Origin: Corallincola platygyrae
GTDB lineage: Bacteria > Pseudomonadota > Gammaproteobacteria > Enterobacterales > Neiellaceae
Length of the DNA: 24,000 bases
Direction of reading: 5' to 3'
Assembly (NCBI RefSeq): GCF_039544265.1
Contig: NZ_BAABLI010000009.1
Span: 47,323-71,322 of the forward strand
The notes beneath the pieces were generated by a model. That model did no database searches, was not told the origin of the DNA, and saw only the letters and a list, made by a program, of their open reading frames with translations. The number at the start of each line of letters is the position of its first letter. Position 1 is the stretch's first letter. The translations under genes and the position numbers were made by a program. Positions 1 through 7,798 of this stretch are shown one piece after another.

Positions 1-219
1 GTAATCGGGCTCCCCCAGTAACTGGCTTTGATAAAGCACGCCCAAACTATATTGGCTGTCAACATGGCCACGCTGGGCTGATTGGCGCCAGTAGGATTCA
101 GCATCCTGATAGTCACCTTCCTGGTAGGCTTTCATACCTTTTTCGTAATTGGCGTAGCAGAGGTGAGACCAAAAAAAGAGGGCAAAAGTGAATAGCGGCG
201 AAACAACAACACGTCGCAT
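1..219 (-). CDS. Sel1/TPR-like repeat protein with N-terminal signal peptide (5' part only; runs off the window edge)
   Basis: Not in the ORF track. The reverse complement of 1..219 reads ATG (219..217) MRRVVVSPLFTFALFFWSHLCYANYEKGMKAYQEGDYQDAESYWRQSAQRGHVDSQYSLGVLYQSQLLGEPDY and is open to position 1. It has a hydrophobic signal-like N-terminus. The pattern A..W...A.QG...AQYxLGxxY is typical of Sel1 repeats. AAGGA lies 8 nt upstream of the ATG. Confidence 0.55.
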   Translation of the reverse strand, partial: MRRVVVSPLFTFALFFWSHLCYANYEKGMKAYQEGDYQDAESYWRQSAQRGHVDSQYSLGVLYQSQLLGEPDY

Positions 220-254
220 TGTGGGTATCCTTATTATCGTTATTAGAGTAAATA

Positions 255-273
255 CTTGACTAAACTAGTCAAG
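255..273. promoter_or_regulatory. Perfect 8-3-8 inverted repeat CTTGACTA-AAC-TAGTCAAG upstream of the Sel1-like gene
   Basis: Read directly from the sequence. Lies 36-54 nt upstream of the ATG at 219. Contains a TTGACT -35-like hexamer on the minus strand, but no well-spaced -10. Confidence 0.3.
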
Positions 274-333
274 AGATCCGATGAGTGCCAATCGGCTTAA
301 CGAAAATTGGATAAAAAATGTGCGGAAGATCGG

Positions 334-374
334 AAAGCAACAGCTACATCATGCTTATGTTTTGCTGTTGCTTT
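334..374 (-). terminator. Hairpin downstream of the kinase-like gene (11-bp stem AAAGCAACAGC/GCTGTTGCTTT, 19-nt loop)
   Basis: Perfect 11-bp complementarity read from the sequence, 31 nt after the stop at 405. No U-tract on the minus strand, so it is at best a weak or atypical terminator. Confidence 0.3.
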
Positions 375-404
375 GGACTATCAATTGAGCTGTAGGCTTT
401 TGCA

Positions 405-1115
405 TCACGAGCGCATAGGTTTACCACGACCTAAATTGCGTATCTTTTGCCTGAGGCTCAGTAGCCTCAAACTGAAGAAGTAAAAAACACGTTTTCGCAG
501 CGTCGGTTTTTCCAATTCTGCGAAGTAACAGTGCCAGAATTTCTTCATCACAGTGGCGTCGTAATTCAGCGTGCTGCGGTAGATTTTGAATAACTCACGA
601 GATACCAATATTTGATGGCGCAGGGAGCGAGGCGGCTGCTTGGTGGCCTTGCCAAAATCGATGATCACCGGTGCTTCGCCTGCTTTTATGAAGTTGTACA
701 GGTAGGGGTCGTTGGTTGTGATCCCCTGCTGATGGAGCTTGGTCAGGTAGCGGGCAACACTTGGGAACTGTTTGCTCGACAGGCGTTCAAGCATGCTCCC
801 CTGAATAAATTCACGCAGGTAAAGCGTGGTTTTTTTATCTCCTTCGACCCAAGTTTCAAAGCCATAGCTTTTCGGTCGTAATACACCTTGAATTTGCTCA
901 AGAATTTCGTGCTCAGTTTGCCATGGAGCCCCTTTTTTCGATTTAGTCTTCGAGGTGTATTCAAATAGTTTGGCGACTATAGGTACACCCTCAAGGTCAA
1001 TCGTCAGAGTGAGTCTTCTACCTTCACCAAAAGTTTGGTCGACCAGGGTTTTTCCTTCGCCTGCAAGGATGCGCTTGTGTATCGCTTTAAAATCGAAGTG
1101 AGGTTGTTCGGCCAT
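405..1115 (-). CDS. Protein-kinase-fold LPS kinase family protein (Kdo/WaaP-like); candidate core-sugar or Kdo kinase
   Basis: 236-aa ORF, 5 nt downstream of coaD on the same strand. Kinase-like motifs are visible: VAK lysine (PIVAKLF), a catalytic-loop-like TTNDPYLYN (D-x4-N) and a DFG motif (VIIDFGKA). It sits in an LPS core locus. It does not show the classical KdkA HTDLNAHN loop, so the exact substrate is uncertain. Confidence 0.6.
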   Translation of the reverse strand: MAEQPHFDFKAIHKRILAGEGKTLVDQTFGEGRRLTLTIDLEGVPIVAKLFEYTSKTKSKKGAPWQTEHEILEQIQGVLRPKSYGFETWVEGDKKTTLYLREFIQGSMLERLSSKQFPSVARYLTKLHQQGITTNDPYLYNFIKAGEAPVIIDFGKATKQPPRSLRHQILVSRELFKIYRSTLNYDATVMKKFWHCYFAELEKPTLRKRVFYFFSLRLLSLRQKIRNLGRGKPMRS

Positions 1116-1120
1116 GATGA

Positions 1121-1615
<495 letters not shown>

Positions 1616-1696
1616 TCAGAAAAGTCCTTAAAAGTGCAATTGTTGCCAATAATAGCGTTGCAGTAGGCGTGGTCAAATTATGAAAGTGGCTATCAA

Positions 1697-2740
1697 TCAA
1701 TGAAGTGTGCCGTCACAAAGTTCGCCATAAAGCACCAGATAGCGGCTTGCTAATTTATCGATGGAATAATTTTTAAGCTCATTGCTCGCCTGCTCGCAAA
1801 GTTTCTCTCGCTGGTCGGGGTCTGATGCAAGCTCAATCAATACCTCAAAAAGGCTTGATGTATCTCCTGCGGGAATCAATCGTCCCGTTTGATGATCCTC
1901 TATTAGGTCTGGTATGCCGCCAGCCTCACTGCCAATGACGACTGCTTTGTGCTGCCAGGCTTCAAGAATTGTTGAGCCCAACCCCTCAGTAAGAGACGGA
2001 AACAATAGGATATCTGTCGCAGACAAATAGTTGCCTATGTCCTGCTGATGGCCAAGAAAGTCCAAATTTCTCAATCCCGTAGCAAGCGCTTTCAACTTTT
2101 CTTCTTCCGGTCCCGAGCCCAGTATCAGAAACTGTAGACTTGGGTGTTCCGCTTGGCATCGACGAGCGACATCGATAGTGAGATGAACACCTTTATGGTG
2201 TAGTAATTTACCCACCTGAGATACGAGCAGCTTTCCTTTGTATTGGGATCGAATTTTCGCCACTTTATCTGCGTCCGCTGTAAAACTAGAAAAGGTGCTT
2301 GGGATAATGTCAGTGCGAATATTCTGATCCAGCTTATTCACTTGTGCAGCAATCGCCCTACTGAGACAAACGACCGAAGCGGCTCTCAAATAAGCGGCTC
2401 TTGTGGTTACCTTACTTTTCAGCGGGTTATCTACACGTCGGGTAATTATGTAGGGTATTTTCTTTAGTTTGGACTGTATTGCACACCAGTATACAGCTTT
2501 GCCATCGTGGGCATGAAACAGATCGGGTTTGAGCCGACTAAGCGCAAAGTGGCCAAGAAAGTGGTGGGTTACCTCAAAGGTCGTTATTCCGATATCCACT
2601 AACATTTGAGTTAAAGGCGAACCCTTGAGTACCACGACAGTTTGTTTCACACTCTGGTTACGCAACTCATTGATCAAATTGAAAGTTTGTCGCTCTCCTC
2701 CGCTGAACCCCCGTGCTAGGTTGACGTGACATATGTGCAT
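1697..2740 (-). CDS. GT-B fold glycosyltransferase, family 4 (LPS core glycosyltransferase)
   Basis: 347 aa. The N-terminus MHICHVNLARGFSGGERQT is typical of GT4 core transferases. C-terminal E-x7-E motif (EGLGSTILEAWQH). LPS locus context. Confidence 0.85.
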   Translation of the reverse strand: MHICHVNLARGFSGGERQTFNLINELRNQSVKQTVVVLKGSPLTQMLVDIGITTFEVTHHFLGHFALSRLKPDLFHAHDGKAVYWCAIQSKLKKIPYIITRRVDNPLKSKVTTRAAYLRAASVVCLSRAIAAQVNKLDQNIRTDIIPSTFSSFTADADKVAKIRSQYKGKLLVSQVGKLLHHKGVHLTIDVARRCQAEHPSLQFLILGSGPEEEKLKALATGLRNLDFLGHQQDIGNYLSATDILLFPSLTEGLGSTILEAWQHKAVVIGSEAGGIPDLIEDHQTGRLIPAGDTSSLFEVLIELASDPDQREKLCEQASNELKNYSIDKLASRYLVLYGELCDGTLH

Positions 2741-2749
2741 TTCGCTGGT

Positions 2750-3760
2750 TTAACTCCGCTGCTTTGCTTGCTGTTTCTTAAGACGCAGCGCGCCTTCGAG
2801 CCGCTTTGGCGTCAGCAGAATGAGGCGTAATAGTTTGGTTCTAACAATGTCCGCCAAATTGCCTGGAATCGCGTGTGCAGGGTCGCAGTACTTCTTGTAA
2901 AGGCGCTGCCATGCTAGGTGGTGAATATAGGTGATTAAACTGCCAATGCGATTAGCGCGTTCATCACCACTGAATTTGGTATTTAAGCCCAAACCAATCA
3001 CCTCAGGCTCTCCGATCACCAAGTTGTTGACGTAACAGAGGTCTGAGATGCGTTTCAGTGCTGGACTGTAATCGTGCAGATGTTTGATCTGAATGGAGGG
3101 ATCGAACTTCTGCAACGCTTTTAGCCAGAATCGCTGGGTACAGTCGGGCATAAAGCAGGGGAAGCCATCGTGTTGCTCTTGGCCTTTGCGCGATTCGTCA
3201 TAAACCAGGTCGTCAAACCAGGGGATATCCCACAGGGCCAGTACGTCCTCGGTCAGACCAAAATAGAAAAAGTCGCAGGCATGAAACACGACCGGCAGGC
3301 CTTTAGCGTAGTCGCGGGTAAAAGTGTTGTTTACCACCACGCGCTCTTTTAAAAAGCAGTACTCACTGGCACGCTTTGGAAAAGCCTGCTGTAGATGTTT
3401 GAAGGCGTCACTGGTCAGGAAGTTATCTGAACGCAGTTTCATCGCATACTTGGTTTTGACCCGCTTCAAGCCGTTTAGGGTCGAGACTAACTGGCGATTA
3501 TTGTTGGTTTTGTCTGCAGTGCCATCGGCCCGATAACGGTTGATATTTGGGCCAGGATCTTTGTTGAGTAGCAACTCGTCGTAGTCCAAACCCTCTGTGG
3601 GCTGTCCTTCCCATGTGGATAGCAGGATATGTGCGCCGGGTAGGTATTTGCGAATACTGGCCAGAGAGCGAACTGTGATCCCCTCATCCATATTTCGGTC
3701 GGGTAGCGCCTGTACCGGCCCCTGAACGACAACAGTGATATCTTGGTTTGCAATACTCAT
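2750..3760 (-). CDS. WavE-like lipopolysaccharide biosynthesis protein (biochemical function unknown)
   Basis: 336-aa ORF with 9-11 nt gaps to both flanking genes. The N-terminal ITVVVQGPV motif and overall size match my recollection of the WavE family from Vibrio wav core clusters. This is an assignment from memory, not from a search. Confidence 0.5.
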   Translation of the reverse strand: MSIANQDITVVVQGPVQALPDRNMDEGITVRSLASIRKYLPGAHILLSTWEGQPTEGLDYDELLLNKDPGPNINRYRADGTADKTNNNRQLVSTLNGLKRVKTKYAMKLRSDNFLTSDAFKHLQQAFPKRASEYCFLKERVVVNNTFTRDYAKGLPVVFHACDFFYFGLTEDVLALWDIPWFDDLVYDESRKGQEQHDGFPCFMPDCTQRFWLKALQKFDPSIQIKHLHDYSPALKRISDLCYVNNLVIGEPEVIGLGLNTKFSGDERANRIGSLITYIHHLAWQRLYKKYCDPAHAIPGNLADIVRTKLLRLILLTPKRLEGALRLKKQQAKQRS

Positions 3761-3771
3761 GGTGTTATCGC

Positions 3772-4497
3772 TTACTCAGTTGCCAAAAACTCATCATATT
3801 CGCTGGGAACACCGCAAAAGATGACCTGCTCTCGCTCAATGAGGTGATAGTTTATCTGTTTGCCATTTTGGATCAGGAGGTTATAGAGCGGGGCGACATA
3901 CAGTTCGCCATTTTTAAGCTCTTGCTCTGGCCTTTTGGCCTCGGCATCGAAAGCGTTAAGAAAGTCGCTTGCGTCAGAGAAGTAATAGAGGCCATCACTG
4001 CATAGGTCTGAAATCGGATTTTTCTCTGCCGTTTCAACTACCTTCAGGCTGCCAGGTGCTTCCGGGCGTGCATAGGACCAGTTATCGCCATCCCCTTTAA
4101 AGACTTCGAGGTAGCCATCCACTTGATCAACAAATGCCGGAAAACGGAAATTGGGCCGGAAAGTATCGATGTTAAAAATCGTGATAGGGCCACTTTTGAT
4201 GCTGGCTTGGCGTAAGCCCAGTTCAACCGTTTCAGCTTGGCCTCGGGTTTCCCGATCTAATATGACTATCTGCCAGTCAGCAATGCCTAATGCTTTACAG
4301 CGAGTTTCGATAAAGGCGGGAGTGTCGTAGTCACTGCGGCAGATAAACAAAAACGGCTGACTTTCAAAATAGTGTTGAAAGCTTTCAACTGCATGGTCAA
4401 ACAGCGGCTTTCCGTGCGCGGGTAACATGTATTTAGGCTGGGTGTAGCCCGCCTTGAAAAAGCGAGAACTGAGTCCTGCCATCGGTATTACGATCAT
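3772..4497 (-). CDS. Sugar-phosphate nucleotidyltransferase-like protein (GT-A/NTP-transferase fold, capsule-biosynthesis type)
   Basis: 241 aa. N-terminal IVIPMAGLSSRF...PKYMLP matches the MAGxGxRF / PK nucleotide-binding signature. RGQAETV and FNIDTF motifs are also present. The start codon overlaps the upstream gene stop as ATGA (4494..4497). Confidence 0.65.
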   Translation of the reverse strand: MIVIPMAGLSSRFFKAGYTQPKYMLPAHGKPLFDHAVESFQHYFESQPFLFICRSDYDTPAFIETRCKALGIADWQIVILDRETRGQAETVELGLRQASIKSGPITIFNIDTFRPNFRFPAFVDQVDGYLEVFKGDGDNWSYARPEAPGSLKVVETAEKNPISDLCSDGLYYFSDASDFLNAFDAEAKRPEQELKNGELYVAPLYNLLIQNGKQINYHLIEREQVIFCGVPSEYDEFLATE

Positions 4498-6095
4498 GCT
4501 TTAGGCTCCGCAAACGGCAGGGCTTTCATGCGCTGGTACAAGCGCAATGCATTTGCCAGCAATGCCATTTGTCTTTGGTTGTCATCGTTGTGCAGTGGCA
4601 GCATAGAAAGAAACAGGTGAATCTGCATCGCTAACAGTTGCTTCTCTGTTCTATCTAAACCTTCTTCGCTGCGAGTGAGGAAAAGTGCTTCCACCTGATC
4701 ATGGGTATCTGTTGTGGGCAGTGTGAATTCCAACTGATAATTGGTCTGTTTGAGTTGGTAGTAACCCGCAATAATAAAGTCGTATCGACCAACAACGGAA
4801 TGTGCAAACTTTGCCAGATCGTAATCAGGGTTGCCGAAGATCGTTAGATTATCCTGAGTATCCAGACCTCGGGGATCGATCACTTTGATCGATTGGCTTC
4901 GAAAGTCATAAAGGATATTGCTGAAACACAGATCACCATGGACGACACAACCCACTTCAGGTTTAGGGATCTCGGCAAGGGCTTCGGCCGCTATCTGATG
5001 CAAACCAGGAACGGCTGAGCCGTTGAGCTGCCATGTTTGGTCGAGATCGATCTGGTTTTCGGTAGAGAACTGAGCGAGTCGCTCGCGGGTTTTTTCGCCG
5101 AATAACTTCTCTGCTGATATCTCTGTGTTAGCAGGTGCCGTGTGTTGACGACACTCTTTGAAAAAGTCTAAACAGGCCGCACCTATTCTGCGCCAGACAA
5201 AGGCCGGTAGATTACCGAACACCCACATCTCATTCAGGCTGGTTAGATAGAGGTATTCAATGGCGTAGCCGGGCTGATTGTCATCGTCCAATGCGCCAAG
5301 GAAGTTTGGCGTGAAACGTTTTAACGTCGTGGGCAAACTGGCAAACCAGTTGGCCTCGGCACGCATTTTCTGTTGTTTGTGACTGCGCTTTTGCACGACC
5401 CCATTCTGGATCGCCATTTGATTAAACACCCGCGTAGTCGATACATGGGTTTTAGAGCGGTAATAGGTATGCAGGTGGCCAAAATCAAACCACTCCTGGC
5501 ATTCGATTGGCGTCAGCGGCTTGAGGGCCGCATAGCGATTAATGCCATCGATAAAGTTTCCGCGAGCCCGCGTGATCGACTGAATCAACAGACGTGCGTC
5601 TGAAAATGAGAAATAGCCATTAACCACAGATTCGGCTCTGCGGGTGACCAAGTCACTCTCCTGGAGTTGGCTTAGTGGCGGGGTCTGTTCATGGTTGTAA
5701 ATCGCCCAAGCGTAGTTGTCATCAACCGGACTGAGCGTGATGGCATCCTGAGCTTGGGTTGGCAGGTCGTAGATCAGGGTGTCGCCATGGAGAATTCGGA
5801 TCGGTCCATTGGCATGGCCTAACAGGTTCAGCGCGCAGATCACTGACTCACCCAAACTTAATCCTTCGGGTAAGAACAGCGGTTCGATGTTCAGCTCTTC
5901 CAGAATACGTCGATCGTACTCTGGCAAAGCAAACTCCTCGGGCAGGGACAGTACGATCCGCTCGTCGGCTGGCAGAACTTCTCTGTGGTATCGGTATAGG
6001 CGGCGATTACCTACCGGTAAAAATGCAGGAGGCAGGCGGCCAAACTCAGATGAGAACTCTTGCCCTATGTATGCCGCAGATGTGATCAGGAACAT
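4494..6095 (-). CDS. Two-domain protein: N-terminal nucleotidyltransferase-like domain with a degenerate signature, fused to a C-terminal APH/choline-kinase-family phosphotransferase
   Basis: 533 aa. The C-terminal domain has the Brenner motif VVHGDLCFSNILYD (HxDxxxxN) followed by KVIDPRG, as in aminoglycoside/choline/anomeric-sugar kinases. The N-terminal ~230 aa follows an NTP-transferase-like pattern (FGRLPPAFLPVGNRRL, LGESVICAL, IRILHGDTLI) but lacks a clean GxGxR loop. The gene overlaps both neighbours. Confidence 0.65.
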   Translation of the reverse strand: MFLITSAAYIGQEFSSEFGRLPPAFLPVGNRRLYRYHREVLPADERIVLSLPEEFALPEYDRRILEELNIEPLFLPEGLSLGESVICALNLLGHANGPIRILHGDTLIYDLPTQAQDAITLSPVDDNYAWAIYNHEQTPPLSQLQESDLVTRRAESVVNGYFSFSDARLLIQSITRARGNFIDGINRYAALKPLTPIECQEWFDFGHLHTYYRSKTHVSTTRVFNQMAIQNGVVQKRSHKQQKMRAEANWFASLPTTLKRFTPNFLGALDDDNQPGYAIEYLYLTSLNEMWVFGNLPAFVWRRIGAACLDFFKECRQHTAPANTEISAEKLFGEKTRERLAQFSTENQIDLDQTWQLNGSAVPGLHQIAAEALAEIPKPEVGCVVHGDLCFSNILYDFRSQSIKVIDPRGLDTQDNLTIFGNPDYDLAKFAHSVVGRYDFIIAGYYQLKQTNYQLEFTLPTTDTHDQVEALFLTRSEEGLDRTEKQLLAMQIHLFLSMLPLHNDDNQRQMALLANALRLYQRMKALPFAEPKA

Positions 6096-6469
6096 GCGTT
6101 TTTCTCTTGCTCGAGCAGGTCGCGGATCTCCTGGTCACTAAGTTTGGCAAATTCAGATGGCCGGATCGATTTATCATCGACATAAAAGCCATCAAAGCCA
6201 CACCAGGGTTTACCGACTATCACTTCATCAAAGGGCACATCATGCTGCTTTAACCAGTCGAGAATGATAGGCAGTGTGTGAATATTAATTTTACCCACAT
6301 TGCCCTCGTAAGTGCGCATATTGCGGGCGGTGTGGATCACTATCTCAAATCCCTGCGCTTTGTATTCTCTGAGCTTATTCACAACCGCCAAGTTTGGAGA
6401 GACATTTTTGTAATCACTGGTTTCTGCCGCAGTGATGGTGCCATCTAAATCAATAACGATGCGTTTCAT
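6086..6469 (-). CDS. Small capless HAD-superfamily phosphatase (capsule-biosynthesis phosphatase type)
   Basis: HAD motifs are all present: I = DLDGT, II = IHTAR, III/IV = GKP...YVDDK. The tracked ORF starts at a TTG (6481). The ATG at 6469 (MKRIVIDLDGT) has GAGG 4 nt upstream and gives the usual HAD N-terminus. The 3' end overlaps the downstream gene start by 10 nt. Confidence 0.7.
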   Translation of the reverse strand: MKRIVIDLDGTITAAETSDYKNVSPNLAVVNKLREYKAQGFEIVIHTARNMRTYEGNVGKINIHTLPIILDWLKQHDVPFDEVIVGKPWCGFDGFYVDDKSIRPSEFAKLSDQEIRDLLEQEKNACS

Positions 6470-6636
6470 CTCGCCTCTCAAGGTTTGAACGTGGTTTCGG
6501 ATGATTGTGAATCAGTCACTTTGATGCTCTAGCGAAGTTTAAATCAAAAATGCCCGAGCAAAGGCTAATAAACCGTTATAATGCCACAACTTGCCTTACT
6601 CAAGGTATGACTAAACGCATTCATGGAGTCTGCTGC

Positions 6637-7740
6637 ATGGCCCTCAAACTGTTAATTATTAGTTCCTATAAAGACACTTGGAACAGCGTAAGGCCCGAAG
6701 CAGAGATATTTATTGGCATGGCGAAACTGGGTGTCGATGTGACCCTGATGACCCAGGGCGATGCCGAATACGTGCCACGATTCAAAGAGCACGGCGTCAA
6801 GATTATCGATTACCACCCAGCGAAAAAGTTTCAGTGGAGCGCAATTAAGCGTATTCGCCAGGAACTGAAACAGGGGGGCTACGACGCCTGCTACATGTTT
6901 AATAACAAAGCGATCACCAACGCCCTGTTTGCTGCCATGGGACTGCCAGTAAAGATGGTGAGTTACCGTGGCCAGACTGGCAATATCTATCGCTACGACC
7001 CCACCTGTTATCTGACCCATCTGCATCCAAGGCTCGATGGCATCATCTGTGTGGCAAATGCAGTACGGGATGATTTGCGCAACCGCGCTTACCTGCCAGA
7101 TGACAATGTGGTGACGGTATACAAAGGTCATGACCTGGATTGGTACAAGGATACGCCAACGGATCTGACTCAGTTTGGCGTACCAGCGGGCGCCTTTGTG
7201 GTCGGTTGTGTCGCCAATGCGCGTCCCCGGAAAGGGGTTCCCGTACTATTGCAAGCAACAGCGTTACTGCCTGAAAACGACGATATTCATATCCTGCTGG
7301 TGGGCGGCGGGATGGATAGCGACGAGATTAAACGCCAGATCGTCGCCAGTCCTATGGCTGATAGAATACATGTTGCCGGTTTCAGAAAGGATGCGCCTGC
7401 GATTATTGCTGCCTGTAACGCATCGGTATTGCCTTCGATTAAGCGCGAAGGCCTGCCCAAAACTGTCATTGAAGCCATGGTCTATGAAGTGGCACCGATC
7501 GTGGCAGATACTGGTGGCAGTGCCGAGCTGGTGGTTGATGGTGATAGCGGCTTGGTGGTGCAACCGGGTGATGCGCAAGGCTTAGCCGATGCCATGGCGC
7601 GTTTGTGGCAGGATCCGGCGTTCTGCAGGCAGATGGGGATCAGAGCTAAACAGCGTATTGAAGAGCACTTTCATACCGATCTGTCTGCCGCAGATACTAA
7701 AGCCTTCTTTGAGCGATTAGTTGGAAAAGATAAAGGGTAA
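6637..7740 (+). CDS. GT-B fold glycosyltransferase, family 4
   Basis: The tracked ORF starts at 6550. The ATG at 6637 (MALKLLIISSY...) has GGAG 8 nt upstream and gives a typical GT4 N-terminus. E-x7-E motif present (EGLPKTVIEAMVYE). Divergent from the minus-strand LPS operon. Confidence 0.8.
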   Translation: MALKLLIISSYKDTWNSVRPEAEIFIGMAKLGVDVTLMTQGDAEYVPRFKEHGVKIIDYHPAKKFQWSAIKRIRQELKQGGYDACYMFNNKAITNALFAAMGLPVKMVSYRGQTGNIYRYDPTCYLTHLHPRLDGIICVANAVRDDLRNRAYLPDDNVVTVYKGHDLDWYKDTPTDLTQFGVPAGAFVVGCVANARPRKGVPVLLQATALLPENDDIHILLVGGGMDSDEIKRQIVASPMADRIHVAGFRKDAPAIIAACNASVLPSIKREGLPKTVIEAMVYEVAPIVADTGGSAELVVDGDSGLVVQPGDAQGLADAMARLWQDPAFCRQMGIRAKQRIEEHFHTDLSAADTKAFFERLVGKDKG

Positions 7741-7760
7741 AGCTCCTAAGATGTTCAAAA

Positions 7761-7785
7761 TAACCGGCCGCAGCGCGCCCGGTTA
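7761..7785. terminator. Bidirectional terminator-like hairpin between convergent glycosyltransferase genes
   Basis: TAACCGG-(11 nt)-CCGGTTA, a 7-bp stem. Flanked by CAAAA on the left and GATCTTTT on the right, so there is a short T-run in both reading directions. Confidence 0.5.
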
Positions 7786-7798
7786 GATCTTTTGATGC

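Noticed and set aside
281-388. 35-aa plus-strand ORF (MSANRLNENWIKNVRKIGKQQLHHAYVLLLLWTIN) in the intergenic region, superficially like a small type I toxin or membrane peptide.
   Set aside because: No convincing SD or promoter. The hydrophobic stretch is only ~10 residues, too short for a TM helix. It overlaps the 11-bp-stem hairpin that is more simply explained as the 3' end structure of the minus-strand operon.
6599-6604. A single CTTGAG hexamer (minus strand), preceded by TTGCCT, in the divergent LPS promoter region. It resembles one half of the tandem repeat upstream of hldD.
   Set aside because: A lone 6-mer is expected about a dozen times by chance in 24 kb on two strands. There is no second, phased copy nearby.
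6550-6636. N-terminal extensions given by the ORF track: 6550 for the GT4 gene, 21148 for kbl, 20149 for HDOD, 6481 for the HAD gene, 10626 for hldD.
   Set aside because: The extensions use TTG or upstream codons without SD support and add residues absent from the conserved N-termini of the families. Internal ATGs with SD-like sequences were preferred. These are start-site judgement calls, not proven.
6863-6868. Homopolymer tracts in LPS genes as possible phase-variation switches: G6 at 6863..6868 in the GT4 gene, A7 at 8243..8249 in the GT2 gene, T7 at 830..836 in the kinase-like gene.
   Set aside because: The tracts are only 6-7 nt, shorter than the tracts typically associated with slipped-strand phase variation. 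They encode ordinary Lys/Gly/Phe codons, and all three genes are intact in frame.
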